Virus record (IMG/VR): IMGVR_UViG_3300030104_005222
Coordinates: 1 to 64,000 of that record
DNA from: an uncultured virus (IMG/VR IMGVR_UViG_3300030104_005222)
Lineage: Duplodnaviria > Heunggongvirae > Uroviricota > Caudoviricetes
Length of the DNA stretch: 64,000 nt
Strand: one strand, 5' to 3'
Positions within the stretch are counted from its first letter, which is position 1. Each line of letters begins with the position of its first letter. Shown one piece after another: positions 38,664-47,263 of this stretch. Under the pieces are notes generated by a model. That model had not been told where the DNA came from. It was given only the letters and a program-made list of their open reading frames with translations, and made no database searches. The position numbers and the translations under genes are program-made.

Positions 38664-39116
38664 ATGAGCATAAATCAATTTACTCGCTATGGTTTTGCTG
38701 CGGCAGACGACCGTTCAATTTCTGGTTCGTCGTTTACTACGCATGAATTGACCGTTGATTCGGACATACAGTTTAGCTCGAAGGTACCCTCGTCAGCGTT
38801 TTTGGGCTCAATTGAATTTCAACTTACCGGTATTTCTGACGGAGATGAGCTTACTATTTTTCTGTGTCGGGACTCAACAGGTAATGTTCCGTTGACTTCG
38901 CAGCATTTAGAGGGCGCGACACAAAGAGTCACGACAGGAATTGGTTCTGCTACTTCTGGTGGCTGTAGCTTTACGATTAACAAAGACTTTCATTTCGACG
39001 ATATTGTAACTGGTGCAACGCAGGGTAGCCTATATGTTGCTGCTAAGTGTTTATCGAGTGCTGGTTCTGCGGCACCATGTACGGCAACTGCAATTCGCCT
39101 TAACTGGAGAGGATAA
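38664..39116 (+). CDS. putative tail-associated beta-sandwich protein
   Basis: AGGAG RBS; coupled to the tail fibre gene. Confidence 0.55.
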   Translation: MSINQFTRYGFAAADDRSISGSSFTTHELTVDSDIQFSSKVPSSAFLGSIEFQLTGISDGDELTIFLCRDSTGNVPLTSQHLEGATQRVTTGIGSATSGGCSFTINKDFHFDDIVTGATQGSLYVAAKCLSSAGSAAPCTATAIRLNWRG

Positions 39117-41593
39117 TGAGTAACCTGGTCGGTAATGTATTTGACGCTTCGGTTAAAGCTGATGCATCTGGGAATGTGGAAATTAGTGGTGATTTGACGG
39201 TAAGTGGAACTACCACAACCGTTTCAACTACGAATACCGTCATATCCGACAAGCTTATTGAATTGGCGAACGGGACTTCAGGTTCACCAAGCGGTGATTC
39301 TGGCTTGGTCATTGAGCGTGGTAGCTCCAACAACGTGTTTATTGGGTGGGATGAAAGCCTGGACACAGTCACAGTCGCTACCGGCTCTTTCACAGGTGCC
39401 AGTACTGGTGATCTTTCACTAACGGATGCCGCACTAAAAACTGCGGCTATCACAGCATCCGGCGACATCTCCACAACCGGAGAGGTGAAGACCGCCAAGG
39501 TTTCATTCACCGATGGCGACGACGCAATCACAATCGCTGATGGTGGCGGCATCACAGCCAACACCAGTCTGACGCTCGCGAGCGGTGCCACGGTTTCTTC
39601 GATTAAAGACGAAGACGCAATGGGGTCAAACAGTGCAACTGCACTGGCAACTCAACAAAGCATCAAGGCGTATGTTGATTCGCAAGTTGGTGGTTCAGGG
39701 AACATGGACAACTGGATTCTGGAGGACGACGACGGCACCGAAGTCATAGTGTCCAACGGCAAGGAAGTAAAGTTCATTGGATCGGGCCTTACAACCAACT
39801 TTACAGATACCTCTGATGGTAGTAATCTTGATCCGTTTGATCTTACGTTTACTGTGAACGCAGCACAGACCGGCATCACATCGGTACTAAACAACAGTCT
39901 TGTGGTCGGCTACGGTTCATCTGATGCAAACATTAACTTTGCTACTGACAATGAGATTAACTTTGACATTGATGGTACGGCACAGATTGTTCTAAAAGAC
40001 GGTGTGCTTGAGCCTGTAACGGATGCAGATATTGATCTTGGGTCATCCAGCAAGCAGTTCAAAGACGGCTTTTTTCACGGTACGCTGGAAGCAGATGCTA
40101 TCACTGTTAACGGATCAGCACTGGCCTCATCAGCGACGACCGATACGACTAATGCATCAAACATCGGGTCTGGAACTTTGAACGCTGCTCGCATGGCGGC
40201 GGCTCAAACAGCTATCACGTCAGTCGTGAACACCAGCCTTGAGATTGGTCGGGATGAAGACAACCGCATCAAGTTTGGTACAGATAACCAGATTATTTTT
40301 GAGGTTGATGGTGGCGACAACGTCATCTTTAAAACTAGCGGTGAGATTGAAGCCACGTCACTTGATATTAGTGGTGATGCTGACATCGACGGAACGCTTG
40401 AAGCGGATGCGATTACGGTCGGCGGAACTGCTCTCAACACAGTCATCGCAGGTGTAACCGTAACAAACGCCACCACGGCTGCGGTAGCCACAACGGTAAC
40501 CATCAGTGACAACGAATCTACGAACGAAGAGAACGCCGTAATCTTTACTGCGGGCGGTGACGTTGATGGTGGCAACATCGGCCTTGAGTCTGATGGAGAC
40601 TTGACGTACAACCCGAGTACTGGAACTTTGTCGGCCACGATCTTCAAAGGAAACGTTGATGCGGTTGACGGAGACTTTGACGGCACACTCGAAGCTGATG
40701 CAATCACAGTTGGTGGAACGAACCTACTGACGGGCGGAGTTGTCACCTCTCTTGGAACCATCACCCAAGACACGGTGACGTTTACATCGGCCAACGCAAA
40801 CGACCCGTTGGTCCAAATCAAAAATACCACCAACGACGCCAACGGTCCAATCCTCGTTTTGGAAAACGATCGAGGCTCAAACAACGGCGCTGACAACGAT
40901 GTCTGCGGAATAATCGAGTTCAAAGGCACTGACGACGCCTCGGTTCAAACTACCTTTGCTATGGTATCCACAATCGTAAAGGATGCAAGCAATAACGCTG
41001 AAGGTGGGGAGTTTGGGATTGAGGTTGCGAGTCACGATGGAGGCATGCACTTTGGCCTTAAAATTACTGACGGTGACGCTGATGGTGAACTGGACGTTGA
41101 GATCGGTAGCGGCATCAACTCAGTAGTTACCGCAAACGGCTACTCAAAGGCACTAAACGGTTTTCTTGTACCAGAGCAAAAGTCTGTACACATCGAAACT
41201 CCGATGCTGGCTACAGCCGATCACACAGCAACAGGTATCACAACATTGATGACCGCCAGCGAAAACATTGCTCAAGGTGATTTAGTGTACGTGTCAGGCA
41301 ATGGAACGATTGGTAAGGCCGATGCAGATGCTGTTGCTAAGATGCCCGCGATTGGATTGGCAGTAGCGGCTATCAATCAAAACCAACCAGGTGCGATTCT
41401 CCTTCAGGGGATGTTCCGTGATGATTCATACAACTTCACCGCAGGAAATCGATTGTTTGTCCACACAGATGGGACGGTAACAGCGACTGCCCCAAGCGGA
41501 AACAATGATGTTGCCCAGGCTGTGGGTGTAGCCCTTAGTGATGACGTTATCTACTTTAGTCCTGACATGACTCTGGTGGAGATCACTGCTTAA
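39116..41593 (+). CDS. tail fibre protein
   Basis: GDLTVSGTTTTV...DKLIEL, three GTLEADAITV repeats, Gly/Thr/Asp-rich. Confidence 0.8.
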   Translation: MSNLVGNVFDASVKADASGNVEISGDLTVSGTTTTVSTTNTVISDKLIELANGTSGSPSGDSGLVIERGSSNNVFIGWDESLDTVTVATGSFTGASTGDLSLTDAALKTAAITASGDISTTGEVKTAKVSFTDGDDAITIADGGGITANTSLTLASGATVSSIKDEDAMGSNSATALATQQSIKAYVDSQVGGSGNMDNWILEDDDGTEVIVSNGKEVKFIGSGLTTNFTDTSDGSNLDPFDLTFTVNAAQTGITSVLNNSLVVGYGSSDANINFATDNEINFDIDGTAQIVLKDGVLEPVTDADIDLGSSSKQFKDGFFHGTLEADAITVNGSALASSATTDTTNASNIGSGTLNAARMAAAQTAITSVVNTSLEIGRDEDNRIKFGTDNQIIFEVDGGDNVIFKTSGEIEATSLDISGDADIDGTLEADAITVGGTALNTVIAGVTVTNATTAAVATTVTISDNESTNEENAVIFTAGGDVDGGNIGLESDGDLTYNPSTGTLSATIFKGNVDAVDGDFDGTLEADAITVGGTNLLTGGVVTSLGTITQDTVTFTSANANDPLVQIKNTTNDANGPILVLENDRGSNNGADNDVCGIIEFKGTDDASVQTTFAMVSTIVKDASNNAEGGEFGIEVASHDGGMHFGLKITDGDADGELDVEIGSGINSVVTANGYSKALNGFLVPEQKSVHIETPMLATADHTATGITTLMTASENIAQGDLVYVSGNGTIGKADADAVAKMPAIGLAVAAINQNQPGAILLQGMFRDDSYNFTAGNRLFVHTDGTVTATAPSGNNDVAQAVGVALSDDVIYFSPDMTLVEITA

Positions 41594-42798
41594 TGGGTGA
41601 CATCAACCAAATAAATGATGTCGCTGCGGCGAATATCAACCAAGTCAACGATGTCGCTAAGGCAAACATTAGCGAGATAAACGATCAGGGTGTTCCCGCT
41701 TCTGGAGCTACGGCAGCGACTCGTTGGGTTGTCGGCATGACCAGTGACAGGATTGGTTATGCGGCAAATAGTAATCGAACAGCTTGGACGTTTGTTGATT
41801 CGGTACAAAGCTCTGGTGAGCCGGACGCAATTGATCTTGGGTATGGAAAAGATAATAGCGGTAACGGCATTTATGTTATCGCTCGAATCTCAACGAATAA
41901 AGAACTTCACGTCAGCGGAACAGACATCACAAGCGATGGTGAGTGGACTGCTATTGACCTTGGTGACGACACTAGCAGTCCAGATTCTAACAACGATATT
42001 GTAAGTGTTCGTTGGCGAGCAGCATCTAATGGTGCGACCGCAGGAATCTGGATGGTGGTTGGCCGTCAAACAAACCGACGAATCTACCGAAGTACCGATG
42101 GCGGTGCAAACTGGTCAGCTATTGACATTAGCGGCTTAACTGGTCACGCAACTACCCCAAGAATCATGGGTATCGACGGTGATGGCACGGGAAAATGGAT
42201 GTTCGGTCAAGCGGGTCGCATCTATTATTCTACCGATGACGGGGCTTCTTGGGCTGTATCTACCCCGTTTAGCGGAGAATCAGGCGCAGATGAAGTAGCT
42301 ACAATTACCGGCATTAAATACACCAACAGTTCTTGGGTCATTGCATACGAAAACAACACAAATCCGTTTGATAACAATACCTATATACGCTCTTGTGCGG
42401 CTTCAGATATTACAGACTGGAGTGACGCTGTAGATACTGGTGCCCCCGCAATGGTGTCAGGTAACAACCCAAGCAGAACATCGATTGCGTCTTATCAAGG
42501 ACGCATTTGCGTTGTGCCGCACAAAACTTCTGTAATCGGTATTGCTGACATTAGCGGAAAAACAATAAGTAACGTGGCGTCGGTTAGCATGACCATGAGT
42601 AACGACGACTGCCGAGATGTAGCAACTGACGGCGTTACCTGGATGATTGTCACCGTCGATGGTGATGTGTGGGAAAGCACAGATAATGCCGCTTCATGGT
42701 CGAAGACACTCGACAATATGGGCGCTACCAATGATACCAACGGTATTTCTGGTGATGATTCAATCACAGTAACACCCAATGTTTATGGCCCACTCTAA
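41593..42798 (+). CDS. BNR/Asp-box (sialidase-like propeller) protein, putative receptor-binding
   Basis: STDGGANWS, STDDGASWA and STDNAASWS Asp-boxes; N-terminal IN.VNDVA repeats. Confidence 0.7.
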   Translation: MGDINQINDVAAANINQVNDVAKANISEINDQGVPASGATAATRWVVGMTSDRIGYAANSNRTAWTFVDSVQSSGEPDAIDLGYGKDNSGNGIYVIARISTNKELHVSGTDITSDGEWTAIDLGDDTSSPDSNNDIVSVRWRAASNGATAGIWMVVGRQTNRRIYRSTDGGANWSAIDISGLTGHATTPRIMGIDGDGTGKWMFGQAGRIYYSTDDGASWAVSTPFSGESGADEVATITGIKYTNSSWVIAYENNTNPFDNNTYIRSCAASDITDWSDAVDTGAPAMVSGNNPSRTSIASYQGRICVVPHKTSVIGIADISGKTISNVASVSMTMSNDDCRDVATDGVTWMIVTVDGDVWESTDNAASWSKTLDNMGATNDTNGISGDDSITVTPNVYGPL

Positions 42799-42836
42799 TA
42801 TTTATCACTTGAAACCAAATCAGTTAGGACTTTTCC

Positions 42837-43238
42837 GTGGCACTTAAACTTGCAAATCTTCCCGCCGACACGTTGCCGTACAAAATTGTATCTGAAAACG
42901 ACTTCACCGGTTTATTAACTGACATTACTGCTGGTAGTGGTACGCTTCATTACATCAAATTTAAAAGCACCGCAGTTACCGCAAACAATCAAGTAGGTCA
43001 AAGCTACTATGTGAAAATCTCATTTAGTTCTTCTGCGATTACAGTTGGCACGTCAACACCTGACATGATGTTTCAGATTACTGGGTCTACGGCAGGGGTC
43101 GACGTAGCCATACCGTTACCTGGCGGGATTCCTTTTAGTGCTTTGAGTCTTTGGGTGGTAGACTCTAATGCAGACAACGCTACGACACGGACGGCACCAA
43201 ATGCGGGTGTCGTATCTTTTACCGCAGTCACTTCTTAG
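42837..43238 (+). CDS. small beta-sandwich protein, paralog A
   Basis: Similar to 43823..44224. Confidence 0.65.
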   Translation: MALKLANLPADTLPYKIVSENDFTGLLTDITAGSGTLHYIKFKSTAVTANNQVGQSYYVKISFSSSAITVGTSTPDMMFQITGSTAGVDVAIPLPGGIPFSALSLWVVDSNADNATTRTAPNAGVVSFTAVTS

Positions 43239-43247
43239 GAGTTTGAA

Positions 43248-43628
43248 ATGGCCGTCAATACAACAACCATTGCAGCACGATTAGCTGAAACACTTATCGT
43301 CGATTTAGTCGCGGACTCAAGTAACGGTGAAGAGAATATTTTTTCGGGTACAACTTTGGCTAACAAACTGTACGAAGTTGAATTAGACAACTCACAGAAT
43401 GGTTTGCCCGCGTATTTAAAGATTCAGTTTGCCACAAGTTTTAACGCAAACAACGCACCTAACTTACAGTTCTATGCACCTGCTGGTGATAAGGCTTGCT
43501 ACACTTTTCCCGATGGGCTTCCTTTTACTACGGGGATTAGCTTTGTCGGCTCAACAACCGGTGCGGCTACGGGCGCTCAAACAGATCCAATTGAACCACT
43601 CAAAGTAAAACTTCTTGGGGGTACCTGA
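43248..43628 (+). CDS. small beta-sandwich protein, paralog B
   Basis: Similar to 44232..44612. Confidence 0.65.
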   Translation: MAVNTTTIAARLAETLIVDLVADSSNGEENIFSGTTLANKLYEVELDNSQNGLPAYLKIQFATSFNANNAPNLQFYAPAGDKACYTFPDGLPFTTGISFVGSTTGAATGAQTDPIEPLKVKLLGGT

Positions 43629-43819
43629 TGCAAGCTTTTATCGACAAACTTTTTTGCTCTCAAAAACGAGTATCTTGGCGACGACTGGCCGTGCTTACTC
43701 TCGGAACCGGATTGTTGGCCGCTGGTCTTATTGATTCTGAACAATGGCTTTATCTTAGTCTTGCTTATATCGCTGGTGATTCTGCCGAGAAAGCAATGAG
43801 CGCAATCTCAAAGAAGTAA
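43628..43819 (+). CDS. putative holin
   Basis: 63 aa, two hydrophobic segments, basic ends. Confidence 0.55.
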   Translation: MQAFIDKLFCSQKRVSWRRLAVLTLGTGLLAAGLIDSEQWLYLSLAYIAGDSAEKAMSAISKK

Positions 43820-43822
43820 TGG

Positions 43823-44224
43823 ATGGCAGTTACACTTACTAGTACAGGGTTTCAGGATGCTCTTGATTACAAGATCATTCAGTGCACCGGTATTGAAGAC
43901 GCTACGGTACAAACCAACGTAGCCGTATCTTCAGGATCTCTGTACAGCGTAAGTATTGATTCATCCAATACTACAGAGAATGTTTTCGTTCACATCTATG
44001 ACACGAAAAACACTGCGGCCAGCGAGATTATCTTTCGTGGCGAAACACTAAAAACTAAAACGCTTCAAATTCCTACCGGGTATGCATTTGATGAGTTGAG
44101 TTTTCGAGTTTCTGCTGGAAACACTGAGACCGATACTACAGATTTTTCTGGTACGGTTAGCGTCACTTTGGTCTGTTCTATGCGACTTAGAACGCTGACT
44201 TTGGTGAACGTCAATAACGTTTGA
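43823..44224 (+). CDS. small beta-sandwich protein, paralog A'
   Basis: LDYKII, SGSLY, IPTGYAF..LS. Confidence 0.65.
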   Translation: MAVTLTSTGFQDALDYKIIQCTGIEDATVQTNVAVSSGSLYSVSIDSSNTTENVFVHIYDTKNTAASEIIFRGETLKTKTLQIPTGYAFDELSFRVSAGNTETDTTDFSGTVSVTLVCSMRLRTLTLVNVNNV

Positions 44225-44231
44225 GGTTGTT

Positions 44232-44612
44232 ATGGCTGCGACAAAAACAACTGCGATTTCAAATTTAGGTGGAATTTTAGTCGTTGACTTTGACTCAGAC
44301 ATTTCTGTCGCGTCAAACGTGACGGGGAACACATCGGGTTCTTTGTTTTTGGTTGATGTTGATAATACTGCGAATGATTCGACATCTGCTTACGTCAGAA
44401 TCAAAGATGCTGCGTCAGCAAATTCAAGCTCGGCTGGAACTTTGACACCGCATTTTATGTTTGTTGCACCGCCTGGTACTAAGACATCATACGCCATGCC
44501 TGAGGGTCAGACTTACAGTGCCGGGCTTTCTATGTGGTGCACAACCTCAAACAATGCACAGAACATTACACCACCGTCAAATGCTGTGATTGTTCGGCTT
44601 GTAGCATCGTAG
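44232..44612 (+). CDS. small beta-sandwich protein, paralog B'
   Basis: L.VD...D, DN..N...AY..I, F.AP.G.K..Y..P.G. Confidence 0.65.
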   Translation: MAATKTTAISNLGGILVVDFDSDISVASNVTGNTSGSLFLVDVDNTANDSTSAYVRIKDAASANSSSAGTLTPHFMFVAPPGTKTSYAMPEGQTYSAGLSMWCTTSNNAQNITPPSNAVIVRLVAS

Positions 44613-44619
44613 GGGAAGG

Positions 44620-45015
44620 ATGTTTAATATGGAGCCAGTTACATTAATCTCTGTCGCGGTTTTAGCTTCGTTGGGTGTCGGGTTCGGTGCTGGATGGGGA
44701 TTGAAGCCTGACGCAAGTGTCAAAGCCTTGGAAGCACAGACCGAGGCAATCAAAGAAATGAATAACGGTAACCAGGCGCTCGTCGACAAGGTACAAGAAG
44801 TTGCTGTTGAAGAGGCTAAAAGAGAGTCTGAGATTGCGGGTAAACTGACGGACTTGCCGCCCCCCTGTATTAAAGAAGTCGGGGGAGATCCTATGTCATT
44901 GCAATGTATGTGGGCGTTGTGTATTCGAACGGGTGAAACAGACAAGCAACGATGTGAGCCGTCTAAGTTGACGGATAAGCTACTCGGGTCTTATAGTTGT
45001 ACTGAGAATAATTGA
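44620..45015 (+). CDS. membrane-anchored protein, possible spanin-like
   Basis: N-terminal TM segment, coiled coil, Cys-containing C-terminus, in the lysis region. Confidence 0.4.
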   Translation: MFNMEPVTLISVAVLASLGVGFGAGWGLKPDASVKALEAQTEAIKEMNNGNQALVDKVQEVAVEEAKRESEIAGKLTDLPPPCIKEVGGDPMSLQCMWALCIRTGETDKQRCEPSKLTDKLLGSYSCTENN

Positions 45016-45026
45016 TTGGAGTTGTC

Positions 45027-45317
45027 ATGGAACTCAAAGATATGGTGGTACCGGGGCTCACTATCGTGTTTGCTGCAGGTATTTCGTTTGCGTCTTTTGA
45101 GTCTGCGGCTCAAGATGTAGAGGATGTTGAAAAACGTGTCACTATCCTTGAATCTAAGTCAGGCAAACAAGAAGTGGTTGATGTCAAGATTGAGGGCATT
45201 GAAACCCGTCTTGACAAGATGGAAGATATTGTTCAGAAAATGCTGGAGAATCAACAAAAGCAAGCCATCAATATCGCGCAAATCTGCCAAGCCACCAACG
45301 CCGATTGTAGTTCATAA
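45027..45317 (+). CDS. TM plus coiled-coil protein (lysis cassette)
   Basis: N-terminal hydrophobic helix, heptad pattern, directly upstream of the endolysin candidate. Confidence 0.5.
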   Translation: MELKDMVVPGLTIVFAAGISFASFESAAQDVEDVEKRVTILESKSGKQEVVDVKIEGIETRLDKMEDIVQKMLENQQKQAINIAQICQATNADCSS

Positions 45318-45318
45318 A

Positions 45319-45894
45319 ATGCGTCCGATTATTTTAGACTATGTTGAATCGCTGGGTCATGCTGTATTTGAATCAGGTGAGTACAACCTGAACATTATTG
45401 GTGTTCGAAGTAAGAACCACCAAGCAAATAGTTTTGATGACCGTATTTGTGTTGTGTTTCGTGATGAGCAGGGGTGGATTACCCGTACCTGGGAATGCAC
45501 TACTGAGCCAGGTAAATACTGGTTGGAAAATCCTACGAATGTGAATGGTACAGCTATCTTGGTACCCGGCCAGTATCGAGGTGTCTGGAAGATTGACAAG
45601 CATCAGGGTAAATACGATGCTTTGTGTCAACGAAACGGTACCGTCAAGACGTATCGAGATGACAACAAAGACGACATTATTGATTTAGATTCTGCGTCAA
45701 TTACTGAAGGCTACTACGGTATTAATATCCACAAAGCTGGATCGGCATCTACTCAAGTAGACAAGTGGTCTGCTGGTTGCCAAGTATTTAGCCATAGTAA
45801 AGACTTCGAAGAATTCATGTCTATTTGCTACGCCGCACGAGAAAAGTGGGGCAACTCGTTTAGTTATACTCTGATTAACGAACCGGAGTTTTGA
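45319..45894 (+). CDS. putative endolysin, L,D-transpeptidase (YkuD)-like catalytic motif
   Basis: GINIH-x(12)-SAGCQV His/Cys motif; flanked by membrane proteins. Confidence 0.6.
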   Translation: MRPIILDYVESLGHAVFESGEYNLNIIGVRSKNHQANSFDDRICVVFRDEQGWITRTWECTTEPGKYWLENPTNVNGTAILVPGQYRGVWKIDKHQGKYDALCQRNGTVKTYRDDNKDDIIDLDSASITEGYYGINIHKAGSASTQVDKWSAGCQVFSHSKDFEEFMSICYAAREKWGNSFSYTLINEPEF

Positions 45895-46202
45895 TGGAAG
45901 CCCTGGTAGATACATTACTATCAGGGGGTCACTTAGGCGTTTTCGCGGCTTTTTTGGTTTATCAATTTATGGCGATGCAAAAACGTCTCGATAAGTTGGT
46001 CGAAGGCTTCCAGGAGCAGCTTGATGAAATTCGTAAAGAGTATGAGGGTCGGTCTGAAAAGATGCGGGAGCGGTACGATCGCGTGATCAAAGAGTACCGA
46101 GACACGGCTGACAATCAGTCTAAAGATTTCTTGATTACTCGAACTAAGGTACACAATGACATAGTTGCAAAGTTGGACCGTATATTAGACCGGAACAAGT
46201 AG
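45891..46202 (+). CDS. holin-like protein (single TM plus coiled coil, BhlA/UviB-like)
   Basis: GHLGVFAAFLVYQF followed by a charged helix. Confidence 0.5.
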   Translation: MMEALVDTLLSGGHLGVFAAFLVYQFMAMQKRLDKLVEGFQEQLDEIRKEYEGRSEKMRERYDRVIKEYRDTADNQSKDFLITRTKVHNDIVAKLDRILDRNK

Positions 46203-46208
46203 GCTTGT

Positions 46209-46862
46209 ATGAAGTGTGTCGTAAAAGAAGGTTCTGATTGTAAACTTGAGTTAGGCTCGACGATACGAATCTACGATAAGAAACCGGCTAAAAAGGAGAC
46301 AAAGCCCGTGGCACAAGAAACAAAAGTAGAAGACGCTGCCCCTGCACCGGAGCCCGCACCTGCACCTGAACCCGCGCCAGCACCAGCACCTGCACCTGCA
46401 CCTGCACCTGTTGAGACTGTTGCAGCACCGGCTAATGTTAATGAGTTGGTAGAATCGGTGGGCGTATCACAAGACATCACAGCAGCAGCAGACGCAGCCA
46501 AGTCACTGGGCGGAGACTACGCACCTATGGTGGCTCTTGCTCTTGCGGGCATGGCTGTTGCTGGTGGTTCAAAAGCCTGGAGCTACTACCGTGATCGTGC
46601 AGAGCAAAAGCACGAACAGGAAATGCAAAAGCTTAAGATAGAAGCACAGTCACAAGGAATGGAGGGAGAACAACCACCACCTTGTAAGGCTGCAAGCACA
46701 AAGATGCAGGCTGAACTGGACGAGCTTAAGTCTAAGCTGAGTGCGGTACAGAAAAAGACTTCGATGATTTCTGCCGACTTTGACGGCGAAGACGTTGAGC
46801 GTCAGATTAAACGCATGAAAAAGCGTATTGATGAATTGTTTGAGATTACTGAGCAAAAATGA
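46209..46862 (+). CDS. Pro/Ala-rich membrane protein with coiled coil
   Basis: PAPEPAPAP linker, TM segment VALALAGMAVAG. Confidence 0.6.
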   Translation: MKCVVKEGSDCKLELGSTIRIYDKKPAKKETKPVAQETKVEDAAPAPEPAPAPEPAPAPAPAPAPAPVETVAAPANVNELVESVGVSQDITAAADAAKSLGGDYAPMVALALAGMAVAGGSKAWSYYRDRAEQKHEQEMQKLKIEAQSQGMEGEQPPPCKAASTKMQAELDELKSKLSAVQKKTSMISADFDGEDVERQIKRMKKRIDELFEITEQK

Positions 46863-47236
46863 TTGAACTTGCTCTGTTCTTTTTTGGTACGTTCGTTGTC
46901 TTACCGGCAGGACTTAGTTTTGTTGTAGATGGTGAAGTGAAGACGAAAAAGAAAAAACCAGAGCCAGTTGAGCAAGTGGTTGAAGAACCTATACCGGAAC
47001 CGGAACCTGTTTTAGTCGCGAGACTAAAAGCAACCAAAAAGACTGTAGTAACTATTGTGCCTGTATGTTCTGATGAAGGATCAGAAGATCGGTTACGAAC
47101 TGCCAGTATAGACTTTTTAGAAAACGTTGATGGTTTGCCGGATGAAATCGTATTCGAGGTACAAGATTGTGCTGACGAAGGTGTGGTAGACATCCAGATT
47201 GTTGAAACGATAGAGCGTAACCCACCCGAGATTTGA
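46859..47236 (+). CDS. hypothetical membrane protein
   Basis: N-terminal hydrophobic segment; ATGA coupling. Confidence 0.5.
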   Translation: MIELALFFFGTFVVLPAGLSFVVDGEVKTKKKKPEPVEQVVEEPIPEPEPVLVARLKATKKTVVTIVPVCSDEGSEDRLRTASIDFLENVDGLPDEIVFEVQDCADEGVVDIQIVETIERNPPEI

Positions 47237-47263
47237 TACCTGGGCGGTCAGATTACTCTCTGA

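Noticed and set aside
40204..40929. 241-aa minus-strand ORF and similar antisense ORFs across the structural and replication genes
   Set aside because: Shadows of well-supported genes; no RBS or motifs
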